A DNA stretch of 64,000 bases from Methanobacteriota archaeon (GTDB lineage Archaea; Thermoplasmatota; Thermoplasmata; Thermoplasmatales; ARK-15), in the NCBI GenBank assembly GCA_009758405.1, contig WSBC01000004.1, forward strand, positions 114,634 to 178,633, read 5' to 3'. The position numbers and the translations under genes are program-made. This document shows positions 1-8,453 of the stretch, piece after piece (position 1 is the first letter of the stretch; each line of letters opens with the position of its first letter). The notes beneath the pieces are model-generated. The model did not search any database. It was not told the DNA's origin and worked only from the letters and a program-made list of their open reading frames with translations.

Positions 1-2588
1 GTCTTATCGGAGAATTCCTTTGGGTTTGATTTCCTAATGTCATTTATAGTATAGAATCCTGATGAGAATATTTTTTCTGCATCTTCCATTGTAATACCTG
101 GAAGTTTTGACAATGACTTAATCTTATATTTTTTATAAACAGGCGAAATGCCTACATCAATTCCTCCCTCTAGAATATCATTGTAGCTCATTACAAGACT
201 TGCTGTAAATTTATCTGAAAATTTTATTTTTCTAATTTTATACTCTTCAACCAATCTATCAATATATGGATCTATTATATTCCTCAATAATTTTGAATCC
301 GAAAGGAATAGGTCAATATAATCATCGTATTCAACTTTTAAATTCTTTTTCATGGAGGCTATCCTTCTCAATAATTTCCTTAGAACTCCAAAATCCTCTA
401 TTTTTTTGTCAACTTCTTTATCAAAGAATATTTTGAAATTTGGAAGATCTATCATTTCATAATTCTTCGGAAGCTCATATATGAATTCTACCATCTGTGG
501 GGTAATTGTGATTAAATTTCCCTCAACACCAATCTCATAATTATTCTTCTCAATCTCCTCCTTCATTTTTTTCGCATCTATCTTGCTTAAAACATTTTCT
601 ATCATATTTGCAAATGGTTTGTAGATTTCTCCCAGATTCTCCCTTTTAAGTTTAACCTTGTATTCAAGTCCCATCCATTTTTCAGTAATCTCAATAGAAT
701 AGGCATTAAAATATCTTAATATATTCTGCTTAATATTTAAGAGTAAAGGAATATGTTTGAAATTTACCTCTATTATCAGTTTTTTCAAAGGTGTAGATAA
801 AGGTATGCCTTCTTTTATTTTTAAATTTAAAATCCTTTTTCTTGCCTCTATTAAATCTGGAATAAATCTTTCTAACATTTCGTTAACAGAAAACCTACCC
901 ACCCTGAAATCATTAAGGTTTATTTGGTGTTTTTGAGAGAATGAAGAAATGGTAGAGGGGAAAAATGGATATGATAATACAACAATTTCATTGAATATAC
1001 CTGAATTAATCTTTTCTTTTCTGTTTATTTTCATATAATCCCTGGATATACTCATTATTAAATTTTCATAATCTCTAAGTAATTTTCCAAAATCATAGTT
1101 TTCAATGAATTTTTCCATGTTTACTTTGAACCTTTCTACTTTTGAGTAAATCCACATGTCCAATATGTTTTCATTATCCCTTGTGCCATATATTTCCATA
1201 TAATTTAAAATATTTATAAGAATATTTTTAAGCTTTGAAAATCTTCTAATATCATTTTCATGAATTTTTCCATGCATTTTAGAAATAAATGAAATTCTTA
1301 GTACCTCTGGATCCTTGTCTTTGAATTTATCAAAATCCTTAAGATCTGTATATGATATAAAAACATCTGAAAAAAAATTCGACTTAAGTTCTGACATAAG
1401 TGCCAGCATCAAAAATCTATGCTTAAATTCCCTGTGGTTCAATACCCCCCTATTTTTAACAGATTTTATCATTTCATAAACGCCCAATGGTAATATATAT
1501 GGGTCATAGGAGTAATTTCTTTTCATCATTCCCCCGCAAGTACAGGGTTTTTCATTGAATCCGTACTCAATTTTCCCACATTTATCACATTCAAGAAGCG
1601 GTATTTTAGGGAAATTTCTAAAATCCTTGGATATTAAAATATCCTTCTTTGATATATTTATAAAATTCTTTGGAAATATATTAAAATTTAAGGATCCAAT
1701 TCTAACATATACGCCTTTAAGCCTTCTCTTAGTTACCCTTCTACCACAATAGTTGCAGTGTGGGATATTACCTTCAAAGGTTTCATGGTCTATTATTTCC
1801 ACCTCTACCCTTTCATTCTCACCAATTAACCTTTCATCCTCATCACTGAATTCTGATGAAAGAAATTTTGTTGGCAATTCCTTCTGTGAAATGGCTTTAA
1901 CATTCTTAAACCATTCAATTATCTCACTACCCTTCTTTTCTTCGGGTTTTGAAGGAAATATTATTGTTTTTTCTTTTAATTTTTCAAATATATAATTTTC
2001 CATTATCCATTTTTCATTTCCAAGATTTTGAACAATAAATATTGAGTCAGGATTTATATTAACACCACTAATCTGAAGAACAATATCTTCAAGGCCTGAA
2101 TGTATAAAGTATGTATCATCGGAGATCCTTATTTTTGCATAAAGAACCCTATATTCCCCCTTCTCCATATGTACATCCCTGTTTGAAAGTTGCGTTTTAC
2201 AGTATTCGCAATAGTAAGTCGATTTTTTTATCACCATTATGGAATTGGTTTTGAACAATTTTTCAATAATAGTATCAAGCGACCATATTGCATTCTGATC
2301 CGCAGAGGATATCAAAAACGGATTTGTGAACATGCTAAGGTATTCAATGAGTTCAGTAAAATTCATAACTGGTCTTTTAATTGTTACGGGAACAACAACA
2401 TCTGTAGGAATTATTAATTTGTCAGGTGTTAATTTATTGGCAGGGGTTTTTTTTGTGGCAATGGTCGAGGATATAGTTTCTTGAAGTTTTAAAATGAAGT
2501 CAGAATATGATATTGAATATATATCCTCCTTTTTAATTGGCAAATTTATTGGTAGAGTTGACCTGATTCTTGTTTTTTCAATGCTCAT
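1..2588 (-). CDS. Large class Ia aminoacyl-tRNA-synthetase-like protein (IleRS/ValRS-type architecture, catalytic signatures not recognisable) with extra C-terminal helix-hairpin-helix; 3' end beyond window
   Basis: Absent from supplied ORF track because it runs off the left edge. Manual minus-strand translation from ATG 2588-2586 gives >=862 codons with no stop seen; I verified only two segments codon by codon (MSIEKTRIRSTLPINL...SGFYTINDIRKSNPKEFSDK). Collinear landmarks: YYCEYCKTQLSNRDVHMEK, IPHCNYCGRRV, ISKDFRNFPKIPLLECDKCGKI, DFGKLLRDYENLIMSISRDYMKINRKE, EDFGVLRKLLRRIASMKKNLKVEYDDYIDL; HhH-like LPGITMEDAEKIFSSGFYTINDI. Confidence 0.6.
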   Translation of the reverse strand, partial: MSIEKTRIRSTLPINLPIKKEDIYSISYSDFILKLQETISSTIATKKTPANKLTPDKLIIPTDVVVPVTIKRPVMNFTELIEYLSMFTNPFLISSADQNAIWSLDTIIEKLFKTNSIMVIKKSTYYCEYCKTQLSNRDVHMEKGEYRVLYAKIRISDDTYFIHSGLEDIVLQISGVNINPDSIFIVQNLGNEKWIMENYIFEKLKEKTIIFPSKPEEKKGSEIIEWFKNVKAISQKELPTKFLSSEFSDEDERLIGENERVEVEIIDHETFEGNIPHCNYCGRRVTKRRLKGVYVRIGSLNFNIFPKNFINISKKDILISKDFRNFPKIPLLECDKCGKIEYGFNEKPCTCGGMMKRNYSYDPYILPLGVYEMIKSVKNRGVLNHREFKHRFLMLALMSELKSNFFSDVFISYTDLKDFDKFKDKDPEVLRISFISKMHGKIHENDIRRFSKLKNILINILNYMEIYGTRDNENILDMWIYSKVERFKVNMEKFIENYDFGKLLRDYENLIMSISRDYMKINRKEKINSGIFNEIVVLSYPFFPSTISSFSQKHQINLNDFRVGRFSVNEMLERFIPDLIEARKRILNLKIKEGIPLSTPLKKLIIEVNFKHIPLLLNIKQNILRYFNAYSIEITEKWMGLEYKVKLKRENLGEIYKPFANMIENVLSKIDAKKMKEEIEKNNYEIGVEGNLITITPQMVEFIYELPKNYEMIDLPNFKIFFDKEVDKKIEDFGVLRKLLRRIASMKKNLKVEYDDYIDLFLSDSKLLRNIIDPYIDRLVEEYKIRKIKFSDKFTASLVMSYNDILEGGIDVGISPVYKKYKIKSLSKLPGITMEDAEKIFSSGFYTINDIRKSNPKEFSDK

Positions 2589-2622
2589 TTACATAAATAG
2601 TATATTAACAATATATTAAAAA

Positions 2623-4047
2623 TTATTGTACATATTTCCTGAATACCTGAGGGATCATATCTATAACTTCTGATGTAAAATATGAGTTTGATTTTTCTTC
2701 AAATGCCATCTTACCTGCACTCCCAACTATAAAACTTGCAAGGGTGGCAGAGTGGAATGTATCAATACCCCTTGAAAGTAGTCCTCCAACAGCTCCAGTC
2801 AGTATATCTCCAGTACCACCCCTAGTCATACTTGGATGATGAAAAGATTTATTTTTCTTTACAATTTCACCGTCTGAAATTATATCTACACTACCCTTCA
2901 AAAGTATAACAAGGTTGTATTTTTTTGCCATTTTGACAACATTATTTTCATCGGGATCTATTGAAAAAATCCTTTTAAATTCTCCCCTATGTGGTGTAAT
3001 TACTGCAAAACCTTTTAAATCATCGAAGAGTGTAACTGAATCCAGGGCATCAGCATCAATAACTATGGGCTTTTTTACAAGAAGTGATTCTTCAATAATT
3101 TTAGTAGAGCTCTCCTGTGAAACTTCATTTTTTCCAATTCCACAGCCCAGTGCAACTGCTGTTGCCTTATCTTCAATTATCCTTTTTAGTTCATTGTTAA
3201 ATTCAATATATCTTTCCCCACTTTTCTTCAATATTATATCATGAGTTGATGAAGATATGTAATTATGAATATACTCAGGAGAAAAAAGGAAAAGGAGATC
3301 TATTCCCATCCTCAATGCACCTTTTGACATATAAATCGGTGCCCCATAATAATCAACACTCCCTGCTATACCCACAAGAATGCCGTTTTCACCCTTATGA
3401 CTTTCATCGGGGTTAAATTTATAAGAAACAAATTCGCCAGGTCCTACCATCTCTAATAACTCACGTGGAAATCCAACATCTGCTACTATGATTTTCCCTG
3501 AATTTTTTTCATTCATCTCCCTTTTACTGAATTGCATAGTCACTGTAATGTCTGGCTTTATGGAGACATTTGTTCCTATGCCCGTAGGAACATCTACAGA
3601 AACTATTGTTTTCCTGGAAACATTTATTTTTTCAATAAGAGATCTATATGGCTCCTCTGGATCCTTTTCAATCCCTATTCCCAGCATAGCATCAACAATC
3701 ACATCATATTTTGAGGGATCAAAAAAATTTACAATGTTTACACCCTCCTCCTTTGCCTCATTGTATTTCTTAATGCAAAGCTGGCTCTTTGGCATCTTGG
3801 CCATATATACATCTACATTAACTCCATTTTTCTTCAAATTGATTGCTGTAACATATCCATCACCACCATTGTTTCCGCTACCGCAAACAACAAGAACATT
3901 CTTAGGTTTAAGTGATAAAACAACATCAGCCACTGCCTTTCCTGCATTTTCCATCAATTTTTCCATGTTTAGTCCTAAGTACTCTGCATTCTTATCCAAT
4001 ATCCTTGCATCTATCAAGCCATACATATTTATAAGAAATAATTTCAC
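2623..4047 (-). CDS. nnr: Bifunctional NAD(P)H-hydrate repair enzyme (YjeF_N epimerase + ADP-dependent dehydratase)
   Basis: 474 aa; N-domain LMENAGKAVAD...VVCGSGNNGGDG; C-domain carbohydrate-kinase-like GGTGDILTG. GTG start at 4047 overlaps upstream stop; alternative ATG at 4026. Confidence 0.85.
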   Translation of the reverse strand: MKLFLINMYGLIDARILDKNAEYLGLNMEKLMENAGKAVADVVLSLKPKNVLVVCGSGNNGGDGYVTAINLKKNGVNVDVYMAKMPKSQLCIKKYNEAKEEGVNIVNFFDPSKYDVIVDAMLGIGIEKDPEEPYRSLIEKINVSRKTIVSVDVPTGIGTNVSIKPDITVTMQFSKREMNEKNSGKIIVADVGFPRELLEMVGPGEFVSYKFNPDESHKGENGILVGIAGSVDYYGAPIYMSKGALRMGIDLLFLFSPEYIHNYISSSTHDIILKKSGERYIEFNNELKRIIEDKATAVALGCGIGKNEVSQESSTKIIEESLLVKKPIVIDADALDSVTLFDDLKGFAVITPHRGEFKRIFSIDPDENNVVKMAKKYNLVILLKGSVDIISDGEIVKKNKSFHHPSMTRGGTGDILTGAVGGLLSRGIDTFHSATLASFIVGSAGKMAFEEKSNSYFTSEVIDMIPQVFRKYVQ

Positions 4048-4667
4048 ATATTTAAAATACCTGAAACAATAAATATTATTCCAAAGACTGTTAATACTGT
4101 GAATGCTATTAAATCTAGAGCCCAGCGAGGTAATTTCATTAGATATCTATAGGATACTGCTGCAAATGCAACCAAAACCAATATGCCTGTTATAGCTCCA
4201 AATATAGCATATTGTGGAGAAAATGCACCTGAAGCGGCTATTATTAAAGTGGCCTCTGTTCCCTCAACAAGTGTAGCAAAAAACATTGGAATAATATTAA
4301 CCCTATTAAAACCAACATTAAGGCTCTTTGCCACTATCTCTTCCTCTTCCTTTTTCATTTTAAGTTCGAAGTTCCCTCCTTTAAAATAGTACCTGTAAAA
4401 TCCACGACCAAATCTATATGCAAAATATAATAAAATTATGCCCGCAACAATTGAAACATAATCTGATGGAAAAAGTGAAAAAATATTTTCAAGTATCAAA
4501 TATAATAGGATTACAACGATTATTCCTGAGACTAAACCAGCCAAAACATTTTTCTTTCCTAACTTTTTGATTGTTGTGAGTGCTATAATTGTTACTTCAC
4601 TGCCTTCAATTAAAATGGCCTTAAATGATGCGAGGAATGATAAAACCAGAAATGTTATGGAAACCAT
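4044..4667 (-). CDS. Integral membrane protein, GDT1/UPF0016-like (two E-G-[ST]-E repeats)
   Basis: 207 aa, ~6 TM; internal duplication with LIEGSEVTIIAL and LVEGTEATLIIA motifs separated by a charged loop. Confidence 0.45.
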   Translation of the reverse strand: MVSITFLVLSFLASFKAILIEGSEVTIIALTTIKKLGKKNVLAGLVSGIIVVILLYLILENIFSLFPSDYVSIVAGIILLYFAYRFGRGFYRYYFKGGNFELKMKKEEEEIVAKSLNVGFNRVNIIPMFFATLVEGTEATLIIAASGAFSPQYAIFGAITGILVLVAFAAVSYRYLMKLPRWALDLIAFTVLTVFGIIFIVSGILNM

Positions 4668-4681
4668 ATAACGGGTAATAA

Positions 4682-5341
4682 TTACAGTATAATAATCTTT
4701 GTTCTACTTTTTTTAATAAGTTCATTCAATAGATATTTTGAAAAAAGGAGTTTTTTAAATTTTTTATAAAAGTCCTTACCCTTCCTTGTATTAGGTTCAT
4801 AAAAATTGAAACCCATTAATATGATACTTGATGCATTAAAATGATCTGCAAAAAATACTGCCCTATCACCATCAGTAAAGCCACCAAAGTTATATACGTT
4901 CCATAATGGAAATGCCTGTGTAGTACCGAACCTTTTTTCAATTTTATCCACAATTTTCAATCTCTCCATATTATCCCCATGTGCGTGTACTCCAATTATT
5001 GATCCTTTCTTTGATGCCTCTATGATTATCTCTGGTTTTGAATCTAGGTCTGTAAATACAATATCTGGAACAAATCCTATTTCAAAGATCCTTGATGTGG
5101 CATCATCTGCTGTAATAATCAACTTACCCTTTAGCATTGCAGGATCTATGGAAAAATACGGTGAATCCCCTATTATAATCACATTTTTACCTTTTATTAA
5201 TTTTTCAAGTTCCTTCAACTTTATAAAATTATCCCCCAATAGTGCTGACAATATTTCTGCACTTTCCATATCCCTTCTTTCACTAAAATTAAATTCCTTA
5301 AGGATCATTTTATAATATGATTTCCATTCACTGTAATTCAT
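4682..5341 (-). CDS. mptE: MptE-like 6-hydroxymethyl-7,8-dihydropterin pyrophosphokinase family protein (DUF115)
   Basis: 219 aa; VIIIGDSPYF, ITADDATS, PDIVFTDLD, GVHAHGDN, GGFTDGDRAVFFA, ILMGFNF pattern recalled for DUF115/MptE. Confidence 0.55.
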   Translation of the reverse strand: MNYSEWKSYYKMILKEFNFSERRDMESAEILSALLGDNFIKLKELEKLIKGKNVIIIGDSPYFSIDPAMLKGKLIITADDATSRIFEIGFVPDIVFTDLDSKPEIIIEASKKGSIIGVHAHGDNMERLKIVDKIEKRFGTTQAFPLWNVYNFGGFTDGDRAVFFADHFNASSIILMGFNFYEPNTRKGKDFYKKFKKLLFSKYLLNELIKKSRTKIIIL

Positions 5342-6440
5342 CCTTCTCCCCTTCGTAAAGGAGCCTTCTCATTACTGAAGAAAATATTGAGAGTGCAAGA
5401 CCCATTCCAATGATTATTAGGCTGGGGCCATTGAACGCAGGAGAAATGAAAGAGAGTAGCACTCTAATGTACATAATTGCACCATAAACGAGGATGCCAA
5501 GACCTATTACCAGGGATATTCCTATTAAATATCCCCTAATCCTTCCTTTTTTGTGAAACAGTGTTTCAAAGGCTATGCCTGCTTCCCTTACAACAACAGC
5601 AAAAACTATCCATAATACTAGATTCTGGAAAAAGAGCGCAATTGCTGGAAATATTTCCTTTTCAATTGATGATGCATCAAATGAAGATATTATACCAAAT
5701 ATTACTATAAATATGGCTAGCAGGTCTGAAGTAATTGATATCTTTGCCTCCATAAATGCATTTTTGAACCTTCTGTATGAATTTGTAATCCTTGTCCCTA
5801 CCCTGAAGCCCCTAAGAAGAAAATAAAAACCAAGGGTCAAAAGCACAAATGCAAAACCAAATGTGCCAGGATCTGGGTAATAGGAAGAGGGGAAAAAGTA
5901 TTTCCAAAGTATAAGTCCAAAAACTGAAATACTATATGCTAGCAATATCAAAGCAATTGGAACCATAATTTTTCTTGCCACCTTTTCATCCCTGAGCGCC
6001 CTAACAAGAATATAATATGAAGATTCCAAACCTTTGCTCTGTTTTACAATTATCCTTTTTACATGTATAACTGGAACAATTGAGGTAATAATGGGAAGTA
6101 TGAACTCATCCTCTTCCCCGTCACTAACAAGTATTGCATCCCTCGGATTCAATTTTTCTTTCACACTCAAAAGCTCCTCTCTTATTTTTTCATCACTTTT
6201 TAATCCCACCGAGATATCTCCTGTAAGTGTAACTACCTCAACTTCCTTTCCCTCATTCTTTAAAGAATCGTATATTGAAACTGCACCAAATATTGCATTG
6301 GCATCGGAGTCTTCAGGATCTGCAAGTATCAATTTATTCGCAACTCTTAAATTTTCATCTCTTCCAATAATTGGACCCTTTTCACCAGTTTTTCTTCCTA
6401 CGTCGTCATCCCTATCAACACTAATTATGAGTGTAACCAT
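5328..6440 (-). CDS. Membrane protein, DUF373-like (soluble N-domain + multi-TM C-domain)
   Basis: 370 aa; N-term ISVDRDDDVGRKTG...ADPEDSDANAIFGA followed by ~6 TM segments; overlaps mptE-like start by 14 nt. Confidence 0.5.
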   Translation of the reverse strand: MVTLIISVDRDDDVGRKTGEKGPIIGRDENLRVANKLILADPEDSDANAIFGAVSIYDSLKNEGKEVEVVTLTGDISVGLKSDEKIREELLSVKEKLNPRDAILVSDGEEDEFILPIITSIVPVIHVKRIIVKQSKGLESSYYILVRALRDEKVARKIMVPIALILLAYSISVFGLILWKYFFPSSYYPDPGTFGFAFVLLTLGFYFLLRGFRVGTRITNSYRRFKNAFMEAKISITSDLLAIFIVIFGIISSFDASSIEKEIFPAIALFFQNLVLWIVFAVVVREAGIAFETLFHKKGRIRGYLIGISLVIGLGILVYGAIMYIRVLLSFISPAFNGPSLIIIGMGLALSIFSSVMRRLLYEGEKDELQ

Positions 6441-6487
6441 TCAATTAATTGGATGCATTCTTTTTATTTTAAAATTTTGTATCTTAA

Positions 6488-6715
6488 GCCTGTAGAAATC
6501 CTTTAAAAAAGATTTATTATATTTTTTCTTTATTTATTTTATGAATACTGTACACAAAAAAATTTCATCATTACTTTTATTCTAAAATTGATTTTATTTA
6601 TCGAGCTGATAGAGAAAAATGATAAGTTCAATAAAGGACAATCCTTGCATTCGATATACGTAAGGATGATATAATGAGGACCTTTGATATGAAATATCCT
6701 TGACCTTTACACATA
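6488..6715 (-). repeat. Copy 4 of the TIR-bounded intergenic repeat family (inverted orientation, internally deleted, ~230 bp)
   Basis: Reverse complement aligns to copies at 30365 and 33645: ...AGCTCGAT..ATCAATTTTAGAA..ATGAAATTTTT..ATAATAAATC.TTTTTTAAAGGATTTCTACAGGC; left part ..GGTCCTCATTATATCATCC..GGATTGTCCTTTATTGAAC; middle ~130 bp missing. Confidence 0.7.
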
Positions 6716-6819
6716 AATATAGAAGCTATAATGAAATAAAAAAATTAATTAAGATAACACCAAAAAATATAAGTATTATTATCCCATGGAAGTATTTACA
6801 AAACAAAGGAGGTCTTATT

Positions 6820-7104
6820 ATGCCAGAAAACTTAGAAAGGAGCGACGAAAACGTTGTGTATGTGGGAAAAAAGCCAACAATGAACTATGTGCTTGCGGTG
6901 GTGACACAGTTTAATAATGGAGCCAAAAATGTGGTTATAAAGGCAAGGGGTAAATCAATTAACAAGGCAGTGGATATTGCAGAGATTGTCAGAAATAGGT
7001 TTTTGAATGATCTGAAATACGAAGTAACCCTTGGAACAGAAAAGATAAAGAGTGAGGACAGGGAAAGCAACGTTTCATCCATTGAAATATTATTAAAAAG
7101 GTAA
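6820..7104 (+). CDS. albA: DNA/RNA-binding protein Alba
   Basis: 94 aa from ATG 6820 (AAGGAGG at 6806-6812). [61 protein letters not shown]. The track start at 6700 is an upstream extension through AT-rich repeat sequence. Confidence 0.9.
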   Translation: MPENLERSDENVVYVGKKPTMNYVLAVVTQFNNGAKNVVIKARGKSINKAVDIAEIVRNRFLNDLKYEVTLGTEKIKSEDRESNVSSIEILLKR

Positions 7105-7133
7105 GGGGATTAATTCCCCAAAAAATATTTTTT
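7105..7133 (+). terminator. Hairpin plus T-run downstream of alba
   Basis: GGGGA-TTAAT-TCCCC (7105-7119) directly after the TAA stop, then T6 at 7128-7133. Confidence 0.4.
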
Positions 7134-7146
7134 AGGGGTGTAAAAA

Positions 7147-7311
7147 ATGAAAAAGAAACTTTTTGATGTTGAAATAGTAAGGGAGGGGGATACTTACATT
7201 GCAAGAATCACACTGCCAAATGGTGATGTTTCAACAATAGAAAGCGATAATATAGAAGAGCTTTTGAACCATCTTAATACTGAACTAGAAGATCATTTTT
7301 CTAGAAGATGA
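7147..7311 (+). CDS. Small hypothetical protein (54 aa), below ORF-track cutoff
   Basis: MKKKLFDVEIVREGDTYIARITLPNGDVSTIESDNIEELLNHLNTELEDHFSRR; its TGA overlaps the glyA ATG (ATGA at 7308-7311). Weak resemblance to the UPF0150/HicB-type beta-alpha fold pattern. Confidence 0.4.
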   Translation: MKKKLFDVEIVREGDTYIARITLPNGDVSTIESDNIEELLNHLNTELEDHFSRR

Positions 7312-8453
7312 AATTTGATCCCTTATTACTGACAAAAAGACACAATCAATATAGGAATAGTTCAATTAATCTTCTTCCAAGCGAAAATATTGTTAGTGAA
7401 AAGGTTAAATATATTCTTGGTAGTGATCTTGCTTCAAGGTATTCACTTACCCTGAATGGTGGAAATGCTTACGGGGGCACAAGATATATAGATGAAATAA
7501 TAAGCAATGGAGAGAATATTATTTCCTCACTCTTTAATGTAAAATTTGCTGAAATAAGGCCACTTTCAGGTCATATTTCTGCAATGATTGCTCTACTTTC
7601 AATTGCAAATAAAAATGGAAAAATTATGGCCATTTATCCAGAAAATGGTGGCTACGATGGTTATTCCCAAGGTTATTTGCCTGACATACTTTCATTGAAC
7701 TCTAGAGCAATACCCTTTGATAACAAAAGGTGGAATATAGATTATGAAGGCCTTGAGGATGCCGTTAGAGCTTATAGGCCAGATGTAATTGTATTAGGTG
7801 CAAGTTATTTCTTATTCCCCTACGATTTAAAATATATTAAGGATCTATCAGAATCTTACAATTTCAAGATTATTTATGATTCCTCCCATGTTATGGGACT
7901 TATTGCAGGTGGTGAATTTCAAAAGGATATATTCAAATTTACAGATATTGTATATGGTTCGACACATAAATCCTTTTTTGGGCCCCAGGGAGGTATATTG
8001 CTTACAAATGATGAATACCTTTATGAAAAAATTAAAAACAATGTTGTTTGGAGGACAATGGACAATTATCATTTAAACAGGCTTGCAGCACTTGTCCAGG
8101 CCTCTTTAGAAATGAAAAAATATGGTAAAGATTATGCAATTAACGTAATAAAAAATTCGAAAAGACTAGCCAAAAACCTTGATGAATATGGTTTTGGGGT
8201 AAAATCCTTTGATGGGGAATATACACAGTCCCATCAGATACTTATAAAAAATAAGGAATTATGTCATATTCTCGAAAAATCAAGGATAATTATTGATTGT
8301 GTAGGTAGAATGGGCACAAATGAAGTAACTAGACTAGGTTTTAATTTAAAGGATATTGATAAACTTTCTGAACTCATAATGCTCTCTCTTGAAAAAAATG
8401 TATCTAAGGAAGTGATTACATTCAGAAAAATGTTCAAGGTGAAGTACTGTTAA
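7308..8453 (+). CDS. glyA: Serine hydroxymethyltransferase-like PLP enzyme (short form, 381 aa)
   Basis: INLLPSENIVSEKV, RPLSGHISAM, DSSHVMGLIAGG, GSTHKSFFGPQGGILL (PLP lysine context). Confidence 0.75.
   Translation: MKFDPLLLTKRHNQYRNSSINLLPSENIVSEKVKYILGSDLASRYSLTLNGGNAYGGTRYIDEIISNGENIISSLFNVKFAEIRPLSGHISAMIALLSIANKNGKIMAIYPENGGYDGYSQGYLPDILSLNSRAIPFDNKRWNIDYEGLEDAVRAYRPDVIVLGASYFLFPYDLKYIKDLSESYNFKIIYDSSHVMGLIAGGEFQKDIFKFTDIVYGSTHKSFFGPQGGILLTNDEYLYEKIKNNVVWRTMDNYHLNRLAALVQASLEMKKYGKDYAINVIKNSKRLAKNLDEYGFGVKSFDGEYTQSHQILIKNKELCHILEKSRIIIDCVGRMGTNEVTRLGFNLKDIDKLSELIMLSLEKNVSKEVITFRKMFKVKYC

Noticed and set aside
3488-4072. Long antisense ORFs in the track overlapping confidently assigned genes (e.g. 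3488..4072+, 10341..10832+, 18490..19065-, 22132..22671+, 23011..23646+, 6034..6495+, 54375..54809+).
   Set aside because: Their translations are low-complexity and S/F/I/L-rich, typical of the opposite strand of AT-rich coding sequence. The opposite strand encodes proteins with clear family motifs.
6640-6650. An AATGATGA C-box-like motif within repeat copy 4 (reverse complement) suggested a C/D sRNA carried by the repeat.
   Set aside because: The motif is not conserved in the other copies (AATTATGA, AATAATGA), and no correctly spaced CUGA D/D' boxes follow it.
6700-6819. N-terminal extensions given by the longest-ORF track: Alba 6700, FtsY 9453, PfdA 9877, NuoD 42717, OFOR alpha 57589, IorA 59651, IorB 61540, HgdB-like 63199, AhcY 18182, hyp 44113.
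   Set aside because: In each case an internal ATG matches the family N-terminus. That start either has an SD-like GGAGG upstream or forms an ATGA-type junction with the preceding gene. The extensions overlap neighbouring genes, repeats or the sRNA.
7147-7311. The 54-aa ORF as a HicB-type antitoxin of a toxin-antitoxin pair.
   Set aside because: No HicA-like partner is adjacent; the downstream gene is glyA. The similarity is only a vague fold pattern.
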